Under the pieces are notes generated by a model. The model did not search any database. It had not been told where the DNA came from and saw only the letters and a program-made list of their open reading frames with translations. Made by a program: the position numbers and the translations under genes. A DNA stretch of 64,000 nt from Raja brachyura (Eukaryota): the NCBI GenBank assembly GCA_963514005.1, contig OY740804.1, positions 19,654,001-19,718,000 of the forward strand. Reading direction: 5' to 3'. Positions 12,915 through 26,468 of this stretch are shown here, in pieces; the first letter of the stretch is position 1; every line of letters begins with the position of its first letter.

Positions 12915-13365
12915 GTTAATTCCTGGGATGGCTGGACATATGATGAAATAATGGGTCGCCTGGGCTTGTATTCACTGGAATTTTAATGGATGAGAAGGAA
13001 TATTATAGAAACATATACAATTCTTAAAGGATTAGGCTGACTAGATGCAGAAAAAATTTTTCCTGATGTTGGGGGAGTCCAGAACCAGGGGTCACAGTTT
13101 AAGAATAAGAGACTGAGATAATTTAGGACTGAGATGAGCCAGAAAGTTGTGAATGTGGAATTGTCTACCACAAAAGGCAGTGAAGGCCAATTCACTGGAT
13201 GTTTTCAAGAGAGAGTTAGATTTAGCTCTTGGGGCTAAAGGAATCAAAGGATATGGGGGGGAAAAGCAAGAATGGGGTACTGATTTTAGACGATCAGCCA
13301 TATTCATAATGAATGGCGGTGCTGGCTCAAACAGCTGAATGGCCTACTCCTGCACCTATTTTTCT
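12915..13365 (+). mobile_element. CR1 3' fragment
   Basis: RLGLYSLEF..WNCLPQKAV and CR1 3' UTR. Confidence 0.8.
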
Positions 13366-13404
13366 GTTTCCCCATGTCCCTTGATTCAGTTAGCCCTATG
13401 ATCT

Positions 13405-14313
13405 TGCTGTATTCCCTCAATAACAAGAATTTCCTTCCTCAAATTAGGAGACCAAAACTGCACAGAATACTCCATGTGCGATCTCACCAGGGCCCTGTAT
13501 AACTGCAGTAAGACCTCCTTGCTGCTATACTCAAATCCTCTCGCTATGTAGGCCAACATGCCATTAACTTTCTTCACTGCCTGCTGTACCTGCATGCTTA
13601 CTTTCAGTGACTGATGTAAAAGGACACCTTGGTCTCATTGCACCTCTCCTTTTACTAATCTGACACCATTCAGATAATCTGCCTTCTTGTTCAGGCCACC
13701 AAAGTGGATAACCTCATTTATCCACATTCGACTGCATCTGCAATGCATCCGCCCACTCACCCAACCTACGCAAGTCACCCTGCAGCCTCATAGAACCTCC
13801 TTGCAGCTCACACTGCCACCCAGCTTTGTATCATCCACAAACTTCGAGATGTTACATTTAAGTCCTTCGTCTCAATCGTTTATATTGTAAATAACTGGGG
13901 TCCCAGCACTGAGCCACCCCATGTCACCCCACTAGTTGCTGCCTGCCATTCTGAAAAGGACTTGTTAAATCTTCCTGTCCGCCAACCAGTTCTCTATCCA
14001 TGTCAATACCTTACTCCCAATATCATGTGCTCTAATTCTGCACACTAATCTCTTGTGTGGGACCTTGTCAAAGGCTTTTTAAAAGTCCAGATACCCCACA
14101 TCCACTGGCTCTCCCTTATCCATTCTACTTGTTACATCCACAAAAAATTCCAGAAGATCAGTCAAGCATGATTCCCCCTTCATAAATCCATGCTGACTTT
14201 GACAGATCCTGTCATTGCCTTTCAAATGTGCTGCTATTACATCTTTAATAATTACATCTTTAATAATTGACGCAAACATCTTCCCTACTACCGATGTCAG
14301 GCTAACTGGTCTG
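13405..14313 (-). mobile_element. CR1 RT fragment
   Basis: SQHGFMKGESCLTDLLEFF and VQQAVKKVNGMLAYI on the minus strand. Confidence 0.8.
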
Positions 14314-14736
14314 TTCTCCCAGCTCCGATTCTTCCGGCAGTCACTGAATTCTTCTGCTGACTGCCTCAGCTAAACAGAAAATGACAGACTACGTATTTGA
14401 CCTGGGGATGCAGTGGAAACTAGTTAATACGATCCACAGAAAAGGTCCTTCTGGCCTGGCCCGGCCCGCCCCCCCCCCCCCACATGCTAAGCTCTTCCAG
14501 CCTTGGAGCCACGGGGATCCCCGTTGACAGTTCTATCCTTCGCAGCCCTTGGCTCAGTCTCCGGCGATGTGGTAGGTCTGTCCCCCAGCCTGGCACTGCT
14601 CCAGTCCCACAATACTGGGACCATGACCGAGGGGGGTTCAATAAACTGGGGAATGCCCAGGATTTGCCCTCACCCATTAATTAGGGGGGGTTCAGGAGCC
14701 GGTGAAACCCGGGACCTCCGTGGCAGTCTCACTCAC

Positions 14737-15054
14737 CGTACACTTCCAGTCGGACTCTTGCTAGAATTTCAGATCCTGAATTTGTTACAAAAATCACCTC
14801 GTAATCAGCAGTGTCTTCTATCCGTAGATCACGGATTTCCAGTTCATACCTCTCAAGATTAAAAGTTACCCGGTTTTTGTACTCCATAGTACCAAAGTAT
14901 TCAATGTTGTTCTTTGAGTATTCCGCTATCCTGATATTGGGTAACCGTTTCCACACCACCTCAGTAATATGTGGTCCAACAGCCATCCCAGTAGGTAACA
15001 AGACGTTTCGACCCACAGTTCCGATCACAGGACGAGGGTCAGCCCCAGTCCCAG
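14737..15054 (-). CDS. Gene A exon: cysteine-less IgV domain (CD2/SLAM type)
   Basis: ctcAG acceptor with upstream CTAAC branch point, GTGAGT donor, 318 nt, phase 1-1; AGTGADPRPVIGTVGRNVLLP..VVWKR..YKNRVTF..LEIRDLRIEDTADYEV..VRLEVY; B- and F-strand Cys are absent. Confidence 0.9.
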
Positions 15055-17239
15055 CTGAGGAGACAAGAGAGACAGTTAGCAGAAGAGTTCAGTGACTGGA
15101 GGAGGAATCGGAGCTGGGAGAATCACAGAGCACAGGAGCAGGGCATGCGGCCCATCGTCTGTCTCCCGGCTCTGTGAGAGACCGGCCCACAGTTGAACAG
15201 AGTGAAGACTCTCTGCACCCGGGGCTGCGGTAGGAAGTTACAGCCTGCAGCCAGATCTCGACAGATGGGTCAGGGTGCAGACACGGTAAATAGGACCCAG
15301 TCTGGAGAAGGGCTGAGGGTTTATGATATTCTATCAGTGCACAGATTAGACACAGAGGGAAGCTCCTCTAAACTGTGCTACATAGGCTGGACATGGAGGT
15401 TGTCCTCTCCACTTACATTGACAGCATGATCCTCACAAACACAGATCCTGTTTAGTCGTGGAAGATGAGCAAGTGCCAGTGGGACTTATTGGCCTCATCC
15501 TCCACACAAATCAATTTGGATAAGTCTTTTGTACTCTCACTACCGTAGAGACGCAGTGATTCCCCTTGTCCCAAAAGGAATCCATCAAATTCTTCTGGAC
15601 CTTGGTGGCAAAGACATGGGGAATGGGCAAAAGTGTCTAACTGGTACAACGGCATGGAGGTCACCAGTTGGTTTTTAGCTAGTGCTCGGTCCTTGTAGGA
15701 AAGCACTCAGAGCAGTTCTGCCAAGTGATGACTTTCACCACCAAATCCTGCCCGTTTGCTGGCCATGCTTCATCAACGGGGCTCAGGTAGAAGCCCCGGT
15801 AGAGGAGGTAGGGGGTGCGCCAAGCAAAAGGTCTCATTTATTCTAGCAGGGAGTCCAGCTGCCACGGATCCACCAAGATCCGTAATGTTTATCGCAATTG
15901 ATCTGAACACAGGACGCGTCTGAAATACTCTCTAGCACTCACATACCCTCTGCAGATTCGCAAACAGTTGTAACTATTCTGTCAGGCTGCACTGAGTGTC
16001 TCTCCTCCTGACACCCTACAGCTTCTCCACTATCTACAAAGCACGTCGGGATGTGATGGAACACTCTCCGCCTGCCTGGGTGAGTGAAGCTCCAACAACT
16101 CACGAGATGTTCAACATCATCAAGAACAAAGCACGTGCTCGAGCAGCTCCCCATCAAGTGCCCTAAACACTCCCTCCACTACTGGTTTACAGTGGCTGCA
16201 GTTGCAGTTATACAACACTGAAACACACTCATCAGCCCAACTCTCCAATGCCGATCATGATGCCTACCTAAGCTAGTCCCCATTTGTCTGTGTTTCGCCT
16301 ATATCCCTCTAAACAGTTTCTATCCATGTATCGTTCCTTTAATTGTAAGTGTACCCAGTTTTACCACTTCCACTGGCAGTTTGATCCATACATCCACCAT
16401 GCTCTGTGTGAAAAACGTGCCCCTCATGGCCCCTTTAATTTTTTTTCCCTCCATCTCACCTCTGCCCTCCAGTTGTAGCTGACATTCCTCACTGTCCACA
16501 ATAGCACCAATTTTGGTGACATTCGCAAACATACTGATTACGCCAGCTAAATTATTAATATATGCGACAAACAGGAGACCCAGCACTAATCGCAATGGCA
16601 CACCACTGGTCACAGACCTCAAATCTGGGGAAAAACAACCCTCAACTCCTTTCAACACAATTTTGCACCCAAATGGTTAGCTCATCCTAGTTCCCCTGTG
16701 ATCTCCCCTTCCAGACTAGTTGACCATTGTCAAAGGTCTTGGTGAGCTCCATGTAGATAACCAATAAGCTCATCAATCCTCCTGGTTACCTCTTACAAAC
16801 TCAGTCACAAAGCCGTGCTGAATTTCTCTAATTGTGGTGACACAATGGGACAGGTGGTAGAGCTGCTGTATCATAGTGCCAGAGACATGGGTTCGATCTT
16901 GACCCTGGGTGCTTGTGTGCACTTTCTCTCTGTGACTGCGTGGATTTCCTCTAGGTGCTCTGCTTCCACCATTTTTCAGATCGACCCTGTCTCTTAGAAT
17001 TCACTCCAGTCGCACCTGCTCTTTTATAATGTTGCCATTCTGCAGGATATCACTGTTCCCTTCTCTGAATGCACTAGTTACCATGTCATTCTCCACAATC
17101 AATGCAGATGAGTATTCATTTAAAACCTCATCCATCTCCCATGGCAACACATACAGATTCCCACACTGATCCTTCACGGCACCTACTCTCTCCCCAATTA
17201 TCTTTTTGCTCATAATATACAGTATATCATAATATAAGT

Positions 17240-18110
17240 CTACAGAGAGATTTGGGCCATTTGGAAAAGTGGGCTGAAAGATGGAAGATGGAGTTTAATG
17301 CTGATAAGTGTGAAGTGCTACATCTCGACAGGACAAATCAAAATAGGATGTACATGGTAAATGGTAGGGAATTGAGGAATGCTGTGGAACAGAGGGATCT
17401 AGGAATAACTGTGCATAGTTCCCTGAAGGTGGAATCGCATGTAGATAGGGTGGTAAAGAAAGCTTTTGGTGTGCTGGACTTTATAAATCAGAGCATTGAA
17501 TATAGGAGTAGGGAAGTCATGTTAAAATTGTACAAGGCATTGGTAAGACCAATTCTGGAGTATGGTGTACAATTTTGGTCGCCTAATTATAGGAAGGATG
17601 TCAACAAAATAGAGAGAGTACAGAGGAAATTTACTAGAATGTTGCCTGGGTTCCAGCAACTAAGTTACAGAGAAAGGTTGAACAAGTTGGGTCTTTATTC
17701 TTTGGAGCGCAGAAGGTTAAGGGGGGGGACTTGATTGAGGTCTTTAAAATGATGAAAGGGATAGACAGAGTTGACGTGGATAAGCTTTTCCCATTGAGGG
17801 TAGGGAAGATTCAAACAAGAGGGCATGACATGAGAATTAAGGGACAGAAGTTTAGGGGTAACATGAGGGGGAACTTCTTTACTGGGAGAGTGCTGGCTGT
17901 GTGGAATGAGCTTCCAGCAGAACTGGTGGAGGCAGGATCGATTTTAACATTTAAAAGTAAAGTGGATAGGTATATGGACGGGAAGGGAATGGAGGGGTAT
18001 GGTCTGAGTGCAGGTAGATGGGACTAGGGGAAAATAAATGGTCGGCACGGACTGGAAGGGCCGAGAGGGCCTGTTTCCGTGCTGTAATTGTTATATGGTT
18101 ATATGGTTAT
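17240..18110 (+). mobile_element. CR1 3' fragment of a second subfamily
   Basis: WAERWKMEFNADKCEVLHL..LVRPILEYGVQFWSP; tail TTATATGG repeats. Confidence 0.85.
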
Positions 18111-19517
18111 ACTGAACCTTTTGAGATTCCCCTTTACCTTATCTTCCAGGGATATCCCCGTCCTCTTTTTGCCCCTCTAATTTCCTTCTCAAGTGTTCTC
18201 CTACATATTTTTTACTCCTCGAGGATTCACTGTGACAAACATAGGCTTTCTTCCTTTTTTGGGCACAAGCTCAATATCTCTCATCAGCCAGGGTTCCTTA
18301 ATCCTTCCAACCTTGCCTTTCACTCAACCAGGAACACGCCAAACTCCCATTTCATTCTCCCACTCTCATTTTTAAAAGCCTCCCACTTACCTTTACCTGC
18401 CAACAGCATTCCCAATCAAACTTTGCAAGTTCCTGTCTAACCCCATCAAAATTAGCATTACCCCAATTTAGGATTTTAACTTGTGGACCTGTCCTATCTC
18501 TTTCCACAAAGCCTTTAAAACTGACTAATAAAATTAAGGTAGCTGCTCCACTCACATATTAATACTCGCCCAAGCTTATTTCCCAATACAAATTCCAGTG
18601 TGGACCCTTCTCTGCTATGGTCATCTACATTTTGTAGAAGAAAACTTCCCCAGACATACTGAACAAATCCTAACCCGTCCAATCGTTCAGCACTCTGACC
18701 GTCTCAGTCAATAAAATCTCCTCCAATTACAGCCCTATTATTCCTACACCTATCAGCAACCTCCCTAATTCCTCCAAAAGTAAAATCCTATTAAAGTGAT
18801 CGTTCCTTACAATTTCTAAATTTTATCCATATGGCCTCACAGAACATTCAAGCAATATTCTCTGTACCACCAAGTTGTTCTCCCAAATCAATACCGTAAC
18901 ACCTCTCCTCTCTTACCTCTGTCTGGTATCTGTGCTCCAGAGCACTGAGATACACCTGCCCACCAATATTGCCGTAATAACCATATTATCCCAGTCCCAT
19001 GCTGTTATACAAAATACATTGCATTTTCTCACCTGGATGAGAACCTCTCCCACTGGGAAGGGACAAAGGCAGCAAGTGCAAGGGAACACCACCACTTGCA
19101 GGTTCCTCTCCAAGTCACACACTAACTCTGTCAGGCTGACCAGACCATCTCAAACCGCCTGCACTCTTGGAGCTCTCCTCCTCACGGACAATTCTTGTTC
19201 CGTCTAAAATCTCTTTTTATCATTTGCTCCCTCCCACGGAGCACCATTTTGGATCCAGTTTGCTGTTCTCGCTCGGGCCCTCTGGCCTTTGGCTTTCTTC
19301 ACCAGCCTAATAAAGACTGATGAAGAAAATCATAACTTATCAAAAGCCAAGGAGGCAGAGATAGAGTGGAGAAATACAGAGAGGCTGAGATTTAAGTCTA
19401 GGGAGGGACGGATGGAGGGAGGCAGAGATCAGTTTTTCCTCTCTCAGGGCGTGGGAAGTTGGGGTCACGGGTGGTTAGGATGAGCTTGGCTTGAAGCTAA
19501 ATCCGATGTGAGCTTAC

Positions 19518-19569
19518 CCAGACAGACGGCAAACACGGCGGCCCGGACCAGGCGGGTGAGCCGCCCCAT
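19518..19569 (-). CDS. Gene A leader (signal-peptide) exon
   Basis: AAGATGG start, MGRLTRLVRAAVFAVCL + G, GTAAG donor in phase 1; splices in frame to the IgV exon giving ...VCLAGTGA|DPRP; lies in a CpG-rich patch. Confidence 0.75.
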
Positions 19570-19599
19570 CTTATACCCTCTCTGGCGCCAAAGATCAGG

Positions 19600-19720
19600 G
19601 AGCGGAGCAGGAATGGGTCGGGTTGTTGGGAAGAACTTCCGGTTCACTGCAGCGGGAGAATTCCCGAAGGAAAGGCGCCGGGAAGCGGCTCGTGAGCTCA
19701 GTGTGTGAGGGCCGAGTCTC
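19600..19720 (-). promoter_or_regulatory. Putative gene A promoter (CpG-rich, ETS motif, kB-like motif)
   Basis: CCGGAAGT on the minus strand at 19635-19642 and the palindromic kB-like GGGAGAATTCCC at 19654-19665, 65-95 bp upstream of the ATG. Confidence 0.45.
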
Positions 19721-20044
19721 CGAAGCCGCCACACTCCCCCCTTCCTCTGCTCGTCTCTTAAACCCCACCGCCTCCCGCACCTCTTCTCCTTCACCACTTT
19801 TACTCAGGGTTTGTCTAATCTCCTGCGCTCCATAGGTGCTGCTGCTGCTGCACCCGCAGAGTTTCTCCAGCATGTCGTGTACCCCCACGTTTACTCTGCC
19901 CGTCTGCCTCTCTCGCCCTCTGCCATTTCTGTCCAATTTCTCTCCCCCCCTATTTCTCCAGTTGAACTGGAGAAACAAGGAGCTGTAGATGTTGGTTTAC
20001 AAAGACGGACACAAAAGGCCCACTGGAATAACAGCGAACCAGGC

Positions 20045-20330
20045 AGTTTAGTTTAGAGATACAGCGTGGAAACAGGGCCATCGGCCCACCAAGTCCCCGC
20101 TGACCAACGATCACCCGTCCCCTATCACTATCCTGCACACTGGAGGACAACTTAAGAAGCCAATTGACCCACAAACCTGCGCATCTTTGGGATGTGGGAT
20201 AAAACGTCCGGAACACCCAGGGAAAGCCCACGTGGTCACAGGAAAAACGTACAAACTCCGTACAGACAGCACCCATAGTCAGGATCGAATCTGGGTCACT
20301 GGCGCAGTAAGGCAGCAACTCCGCCACTGT
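20045..20330 (-). mobile_element. tRNA-derived V-SINE
   Basis: tRNA-like head, V-domain and CTAAA tail as at 7250-7950. Confidence 0.8.
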
Positions 20331-22351
20331 GTTGCTCTATCTTTGGAGAACTTAGAAAGGTGACTTTTATTCACATTTCGGAGCGGAGGGGTGAAAGTTG
20401 GAAGCGAGGAGAGCTGGACAAAAGCTGGCAAGTGATAGGTGGATTGAGTCCAGGTCACTATATAGTCGTGGAGCAACAGGAATCGCAGAGGGGGAGCAGT
20501 GAGAGGGTCTCACAGAGCTCATGTCTAAGAGAGGAAAAATACTTCAAAGTAGGCATACTTTAAGGAGATTTCGCATGGAGCAGTAAAGCGGAGAAAAGAG
20601 GCTGTAGATGCTGATCCACAAAAAAAGGTTTACAAAATAAGTGCTGGAGTACTTTTCCAGCCATTGGTCTTGAAGATATAGGAACTAATGCCTGACCACA
20701 TGCTCCACGTTGCCATGTGCCTGGATGGCTAGTTGTGGCAGTTTGTGAACCTGTACACCATGGGCCTTGCATGATGCAATTCTGCGTATTTCCAGAGATG
20801 TTCAGTCTCTTGAGCTCCATAAACTGCTGCAAGTGTCATATTTGGGAAGGCACCAATTACACATTCAAGGAGGTGGATCACTCTTCAGGGCGGCCAAACC
20901 TCACTGAAGAAGTTGAAGGTCGTCTCCTTGGACTTTAGTTTAGAGATACAGCATGGAAATAGGCCCTTCAGCCCATTGGGCCTGCACTGACCAGCAATCT
21001 CCATACACTAGCTCTATCCTACTCACTAGGGACAATTTACAATCTTTACCGCTTTTGTATGCTGCCACAAAGTGCCGTGTGAATGTCAATGGGTTCTTTG
21101 ATGCAGACCCCACTCTTTGAAGGGAGTGCATCAAGTATGTCTCATGTCCCATGTCTGCACAATTGTATTAGTTCTGCTTGGGGCTATCCCTGTGTCTTCA
21201 GAGACCTCTCCCTATAGCTCTCCCAACCTCTCCCGATAGCTCTGACCCTCAAGTCCTGGTGATATCTTCGTGTCAACACAACCAAGCGGACATTATGGTG
21301 CAGATATTTCAAGAGGAAGTAGATACATTTTTGAATGATCTGGGAAAAGGGCTATGGGAAACAAACACATAAGAGGAGTTGAGATCTGAGGCAGATCAGG
21401 CAGAATCAGGTTGGACACTAGGGCAGGGTTGAATGGCCCTATTCTTTATGTGCAACATTTAGAGAATTGTGTGCAGTTCTAGTCGCTGCATTACAGGAAG
21501 GATGTGGCTTTGTCAAGCCTATAGAGAGTTTTACCACACTGCTGTCCGGATTATGCTGGAAGGCATTATATAAGGAGAGGTTGGACAAACTGATTATTTA
21601 CACTGTTACTTCAGAGGCTGAGCGGGTGACCTGACAGAAACATAAAATTATGAGAGGCATAAATGGGTAGGTTGACAGGAAGAATTTTTCCCCAGGATGG
21701 AAATGTCAAACACGAGAGAGTATTGGTTTAAGGTGGAAGTGGAAAGTTCAAAGGAGTTTGAAGAGGCAAGTTTTTATTTTTATGCAGAGACTCGTCCGTG
21801 CTGGATTGCGCTGCCAGGGAAGTGGTGGAAACAGATATGATAGAAATGCTTAAGAAGTCTGTAGACTGATGCATGAACAGGCACGGACACAGGAAGATAG
21901 GCCTCGTGCAGGCAGATGGAATTAGTTTAGATTGGCATCATTGTTGGCAAAGACATCGTGGGCCAAAAGGCCTCATCTTGTGTCATAGGGTCATGGAGTC
22001 ATACAGCAAGGAAAAAGGCCCTTCGGCCCAACTTGCCCACACCATCCAACATGCCCCATCTAAACTAGTCCCAACTGCCTGCATTTGGCTCATATCCCTC
22101 TAAACCTAGCATATCCATATATCTGCCTAAATGTTTCTTAAACATTGCGATAGTACCTGCCTCATCTACCTCGTCCTGCAGCTTATTCCAGGCACACACC
22201 TTTGTGTAAAAAAAATTATCTCTCATGTTCCCATTAAATCTATCACTCCTCACCTTAAACCTCTGTCTTCTCGTTCTCGATTCCCCTACTCTGGGCTCAA
22301 GACTGCGATTACCCGATCTATTCCTCTCATCATTTTGCACATGTCTATAAC

Positions 22352-25300
22352 AAACGTAGAAAATAGGTGCAGGAGGAGGCCATTCGGCCCTTCGAGCCAG
22401 CACCGCCATTCATTGTGATCATGGCTGATCATCCCAAATCAATAACCCGTGCCTGCCTTCTCCCCATATCCCTTGATTCCACTAGCCCCTAGAGTTCTAT
22501 CCAACTCTCTCTTAAATCAATCCAGTGATTTGACCTCCACTACCCTCTGTGGCAGGGAAGTCCACAAATTCACAACTCTGGGTGAAAAAGTTTTTTTCTC
22601 ACCTCAGTCTTAAATGGCTTTCCCTTTATTGTAAGACTGTGGCCCCTGGTTCTAGACTCGCCCAACATAGGGAACATTATTCCTGCATCTAACTTGTCCA
22701 GTCCTTTTATAATTTTATATGTTTCTATAAGATCACCCCTTATCCTTCTAAACTCCAGTGAATACAAGCCTAGTCTTTTCATTCTTTCTTCATATGACAG
22801 TCCCACCATCCCAGGGATCAATCTCGTGAACCTACACTGCACTGCCTCAATCACGAGGATGTCCTTCCTCAAATTAGGAGACCAAAACTGTACACAATAC
22901 TCCAGATGTGGTCTTACCAGAGCCCCATACAATTGCAGAAGAACCTCTTTACTCCTATAGTGAAATCCTCTTGTTATGAAGGCCAACATTCAATTAGCTT
23001 TCTTCACTGCATGCTGTACCTGCATGCCAACTTTAAGTGACTGGTGTACAAGGACACCCAGGTTTCGCTGCACCTCCCCCTTACCTAACCTAACCCTATT
23101 GAGATAATAATCTGCCCCCTTGTTTTTGCTGCCAAAGTGAATAACCTCACATTTATCTATATTATACTGCATCTGCCACGCATCTGCCCACTCACTCAAC
23201 CTGTCCAGATCACCCTGCAACCTCCTAACATCCTCTTCACAGTTCAAACTGCCACCCAGCTTTGTGTCATCCGCAAACTTGCCAGTGTTGCTCCTAATTC
23301 CCTCTTCGAAATCATTAATATATATGGTAAACAGTTGCTGCCCCAACACCGAACCTTGCGGCATTCCACTTGCCACTGCCTGCCATTCTGAAAAGGGCCC
23401 GTTCACTCTTACTCTTTGCTTCCTGTCTGCCAATCAATTTTCTATCCATGTCAACACCCTAGCCGCAATACCATGTGCTCTAATTTTAGTCACCAGTCTC
23501 CCGTGCGGGACCTTATCAAAGGTTTTCTGAAAGTCTAGATACACTACATCCACTGGCTCCTCTTCATCCATTTTACTTGTCACATCTTCACAAAATTCCA
23601 GAAGATTAGTCAAGCATGATTTCCCTTTTATAAATCCATGTTGACTTGGACTAATCCTTTTACTGCTATCCAAATGCCCCATTATTACCTCTTTAATGAT
23701 TGACTCCAGCATCTTTCCCACCACCGGTCAGGCTAACTGGTCTGTAATTCCCCGTTTTCTCTCTCGCTCCTTTCTTGAACAGTGAGATAACATTGGCTAT
23801 CCTCTAATCCACAGGAACTGATCATGAATCTATTGAACATTGGAAAATGATCGCCAATGCATCCACTATTTCTAGAGCCACCTCCCTGAGGACCCTAGAA
23901 TGCAGACCATCCGGCCCAGGGGATTTATCATCCTACAGTCCCATTAACTTACCCAATACCATTTCTCACCTAATGAAAATTTATTTCAGTTCCTCTACCC
24001 CCTTAGATCCTCTGTCCTCTAGTACATCTGGGAGATTGTTTGTGTCTTCCTTAGTGAACACAGATCCGAAGTACATAGAAACATAGAAACATAGAAAATA
24101 GGTGCAGGAGTAGGCCATTCGGCCCTTCGAGCCTGCACCGCCATTCAATGTGATCATGGCTGATCATCCAACTCAGTATCCCGTACCTGCCTTCTCTCCA
24201 TACCCCCTGATCCCTTTAGCCACAAGTGCCACATCTAACGCCCTCTTAAATATAGCCAATGAACTGGCCTCAACTACCTTCTGTGGCAGAGAATTCCAGA
24301 GACTCACCACTCTCTGTGTAAAGAATGTTTTCCTCATTTCGGTCCTAAAGGAATTCCCCCTTATCCTTAGACTGTGACCCCTTGTTCTGGACTCCCCCAA
24401 CATCGGGAACAATCTTCCAGCATCTAGCTTGTCCAACCCCTTAAGAATTTTGTAGGTTTCTATAAGATCCCCCCTCAATCTTCTAAATTCCATCGAGTAC
24501 AAACCGAGTCTATCCAATCTTTCCTCATATGAAAGTCCTGACATCCCAGGAATCAGTCTGGTGAATCTTCTCTGTACCCCCTCTATGGCAAGGATGTCTT
24601 TCCTCAGATTTGGAGACCAAAACTGTACGCAGTACTCCAGGTGTGGCCTCACCAAAACCCTGTACAACTGCAGTAGAACCTCCCTGCTCCTATACTCAAA
24701 TCCTTTCGCTATGAACTCAAATCCTTTCGCTATGAACTCGACTGTTACCTCGACTGTACCTGTTCAACTCTTCTGCCATTTCCTTGTTACCCATAATAAT
24801 TTCACCCGTGTCTGCCCTCAAGGGACCCACATTTGACTTTGCTACTCTTTTTCCCTTAACATATCTAAAGAAGCTTTTACTGTCCTTCTTTATATTCCTT
24901 CTTCCCTTCGTACGCCATCTTCCCTTGCCAGCTTCCCTTCGTACATCATCTTTTCAGCCCGTATTGCCCGTTTTGTTTCCTTCTGTTGTCCAATGAAAGT
25001 TTCCCAATTCTCTGGCTTCCGGCTACTCTTTTGGGTGTTATACATCTTTTCTTTTAGTTTTATTCTATCCCTAACTTCTCTTCAGCCACGGTTGCCTCCT
25101 ACTCCCCTTAGAATCTTTCTTCCTTTTTGGAATGAAATGATCCTGCGTCTTCCGGATTATGCCCAGAAATTCCTGCCATTGCTGTTCCACTGTCATCCCT
25201 GCTAGGATCCCTTTTCAGTCTATCTTGACCAGCTCCTCTCTCATGTCTTCATAGTCCCCTTTGTTCAACTGCATCACTGCCACTTCCGATTTAACCTTCT

Positions 25301-25905
25301 CCTTCTCCAATTGCAGATCAAAACTAATCATATTATGATCATTACCTCCAAGCGGTTCCTTTACCTCGAGTTCTCTTATCAAATCTGGTTCATTAGACAA
25401 CACTAAATCCAGAATTGCCTTTTCTCTGGTCGGCTCCATCACAAGCTGCTCTAAGAATCCATCTCGGAGGCACTCTACAAACTCTCTTTCTTGGGGCCCT
25501 GAACCAACCTGATTTTCCCAGTCTACCTGCATATTGAAATCCCCTATCACCACAGTGGCATTACCTTTGTTACATGCCAGTTTTAACTCCTGCTGCAACT
25601 TACACCCTACATCCAGGCTACTATTTTGGGATCTGTAGATAACACCAATTAGTGTCTTCTTGCCGTTATAATTCCTCAACTTAATCCACAGTGACTCTAC
25701 CTCGTCAGTTCCTATGTCTTCCTTCGCAAGGGACTGAATTCCATCCCTCACCAGCAGAGCTACCCCACCTCCTCTGCCCAACTGCCTGCCCTTTCAATGG
25801 GATGTATGACCCTGAATATTAAGTTCCCAGGCCGATCCTCCTGCAGCCACGTCTCAGTAATCCCCACAATGTCATATCTACCAACCTCTAACTGAGCCTC
25901 AAGCT
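22352..25905 (-). mobile_element. Long CR1 ORF2 (APE endonuclease + RT + 3' UTR), with a younger CR1 nested at ~24075-24755
   Basis: ITETWL, GGGVALLVR, VIGDFN, LDLVL and NDHNMI endonuclease motifs; RT FADDTK; host sequence CCGAAGTAC|CTGTTCAAC split by a CR1 3' fragment with (ATAGAAAC)n tail. Confidence 0.9.
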
Positions 25906-25959
25906 CAGCCCTCATCCTCCAGCACTCCAAAAAATATAGCCCTAGCCTCCTCAACCTTT

Positions 25960-26468
25960 GCCACAGAGGGGGTTCAGAGAAGATTCACCAGACTGATTCC
26001 TGGGATGTCAGGACTTTCATATGAGGAAAGATTGGATAGACTCGGCTTGTACTCGCTGGAATTTAGAAGATTGAGGGGGGATCTTATAGAAACTTACAAA
26101 ATTCTTAAGGGGTTGGACAAGCTAGATGCTGGAAGATTGTTCCCGATGTTGGGGGAGTCCAGAACAAGGGGTCACAGTCTAAGGATAAGGGGGAATTCCT
26201 TTAGGATCGAGATGAGGAAAACATTCTTTTCACAGAGAGTGGTGAGTCTCTGGAATTCTCTGCCGCAGAAGGTAGTTGAGGCCAGTTCATTGGCTATATT
26301 TAAGAGGGCGTTAGATGTGGCACTTGTGGCTAAAGGGATCAGGGGGTATGGAGAGAAGGCAGGTACGGGATACTGAGTTGGATGATCAGCCATGATCACA
26401 TTGAATGGCGGTGCAGGCTCGAAGGGCCGAATGGCCTACTCCTGCACCTATTTTCTATGTCTATGTTC
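25960..26468 (+). mobile_element. Young CR1 3' fragment
   Basis: Near-identical to the reverse complement of ~24090-24585; flanked by AACCTTT on both sides within an older CR1. Confidence 0.85.
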
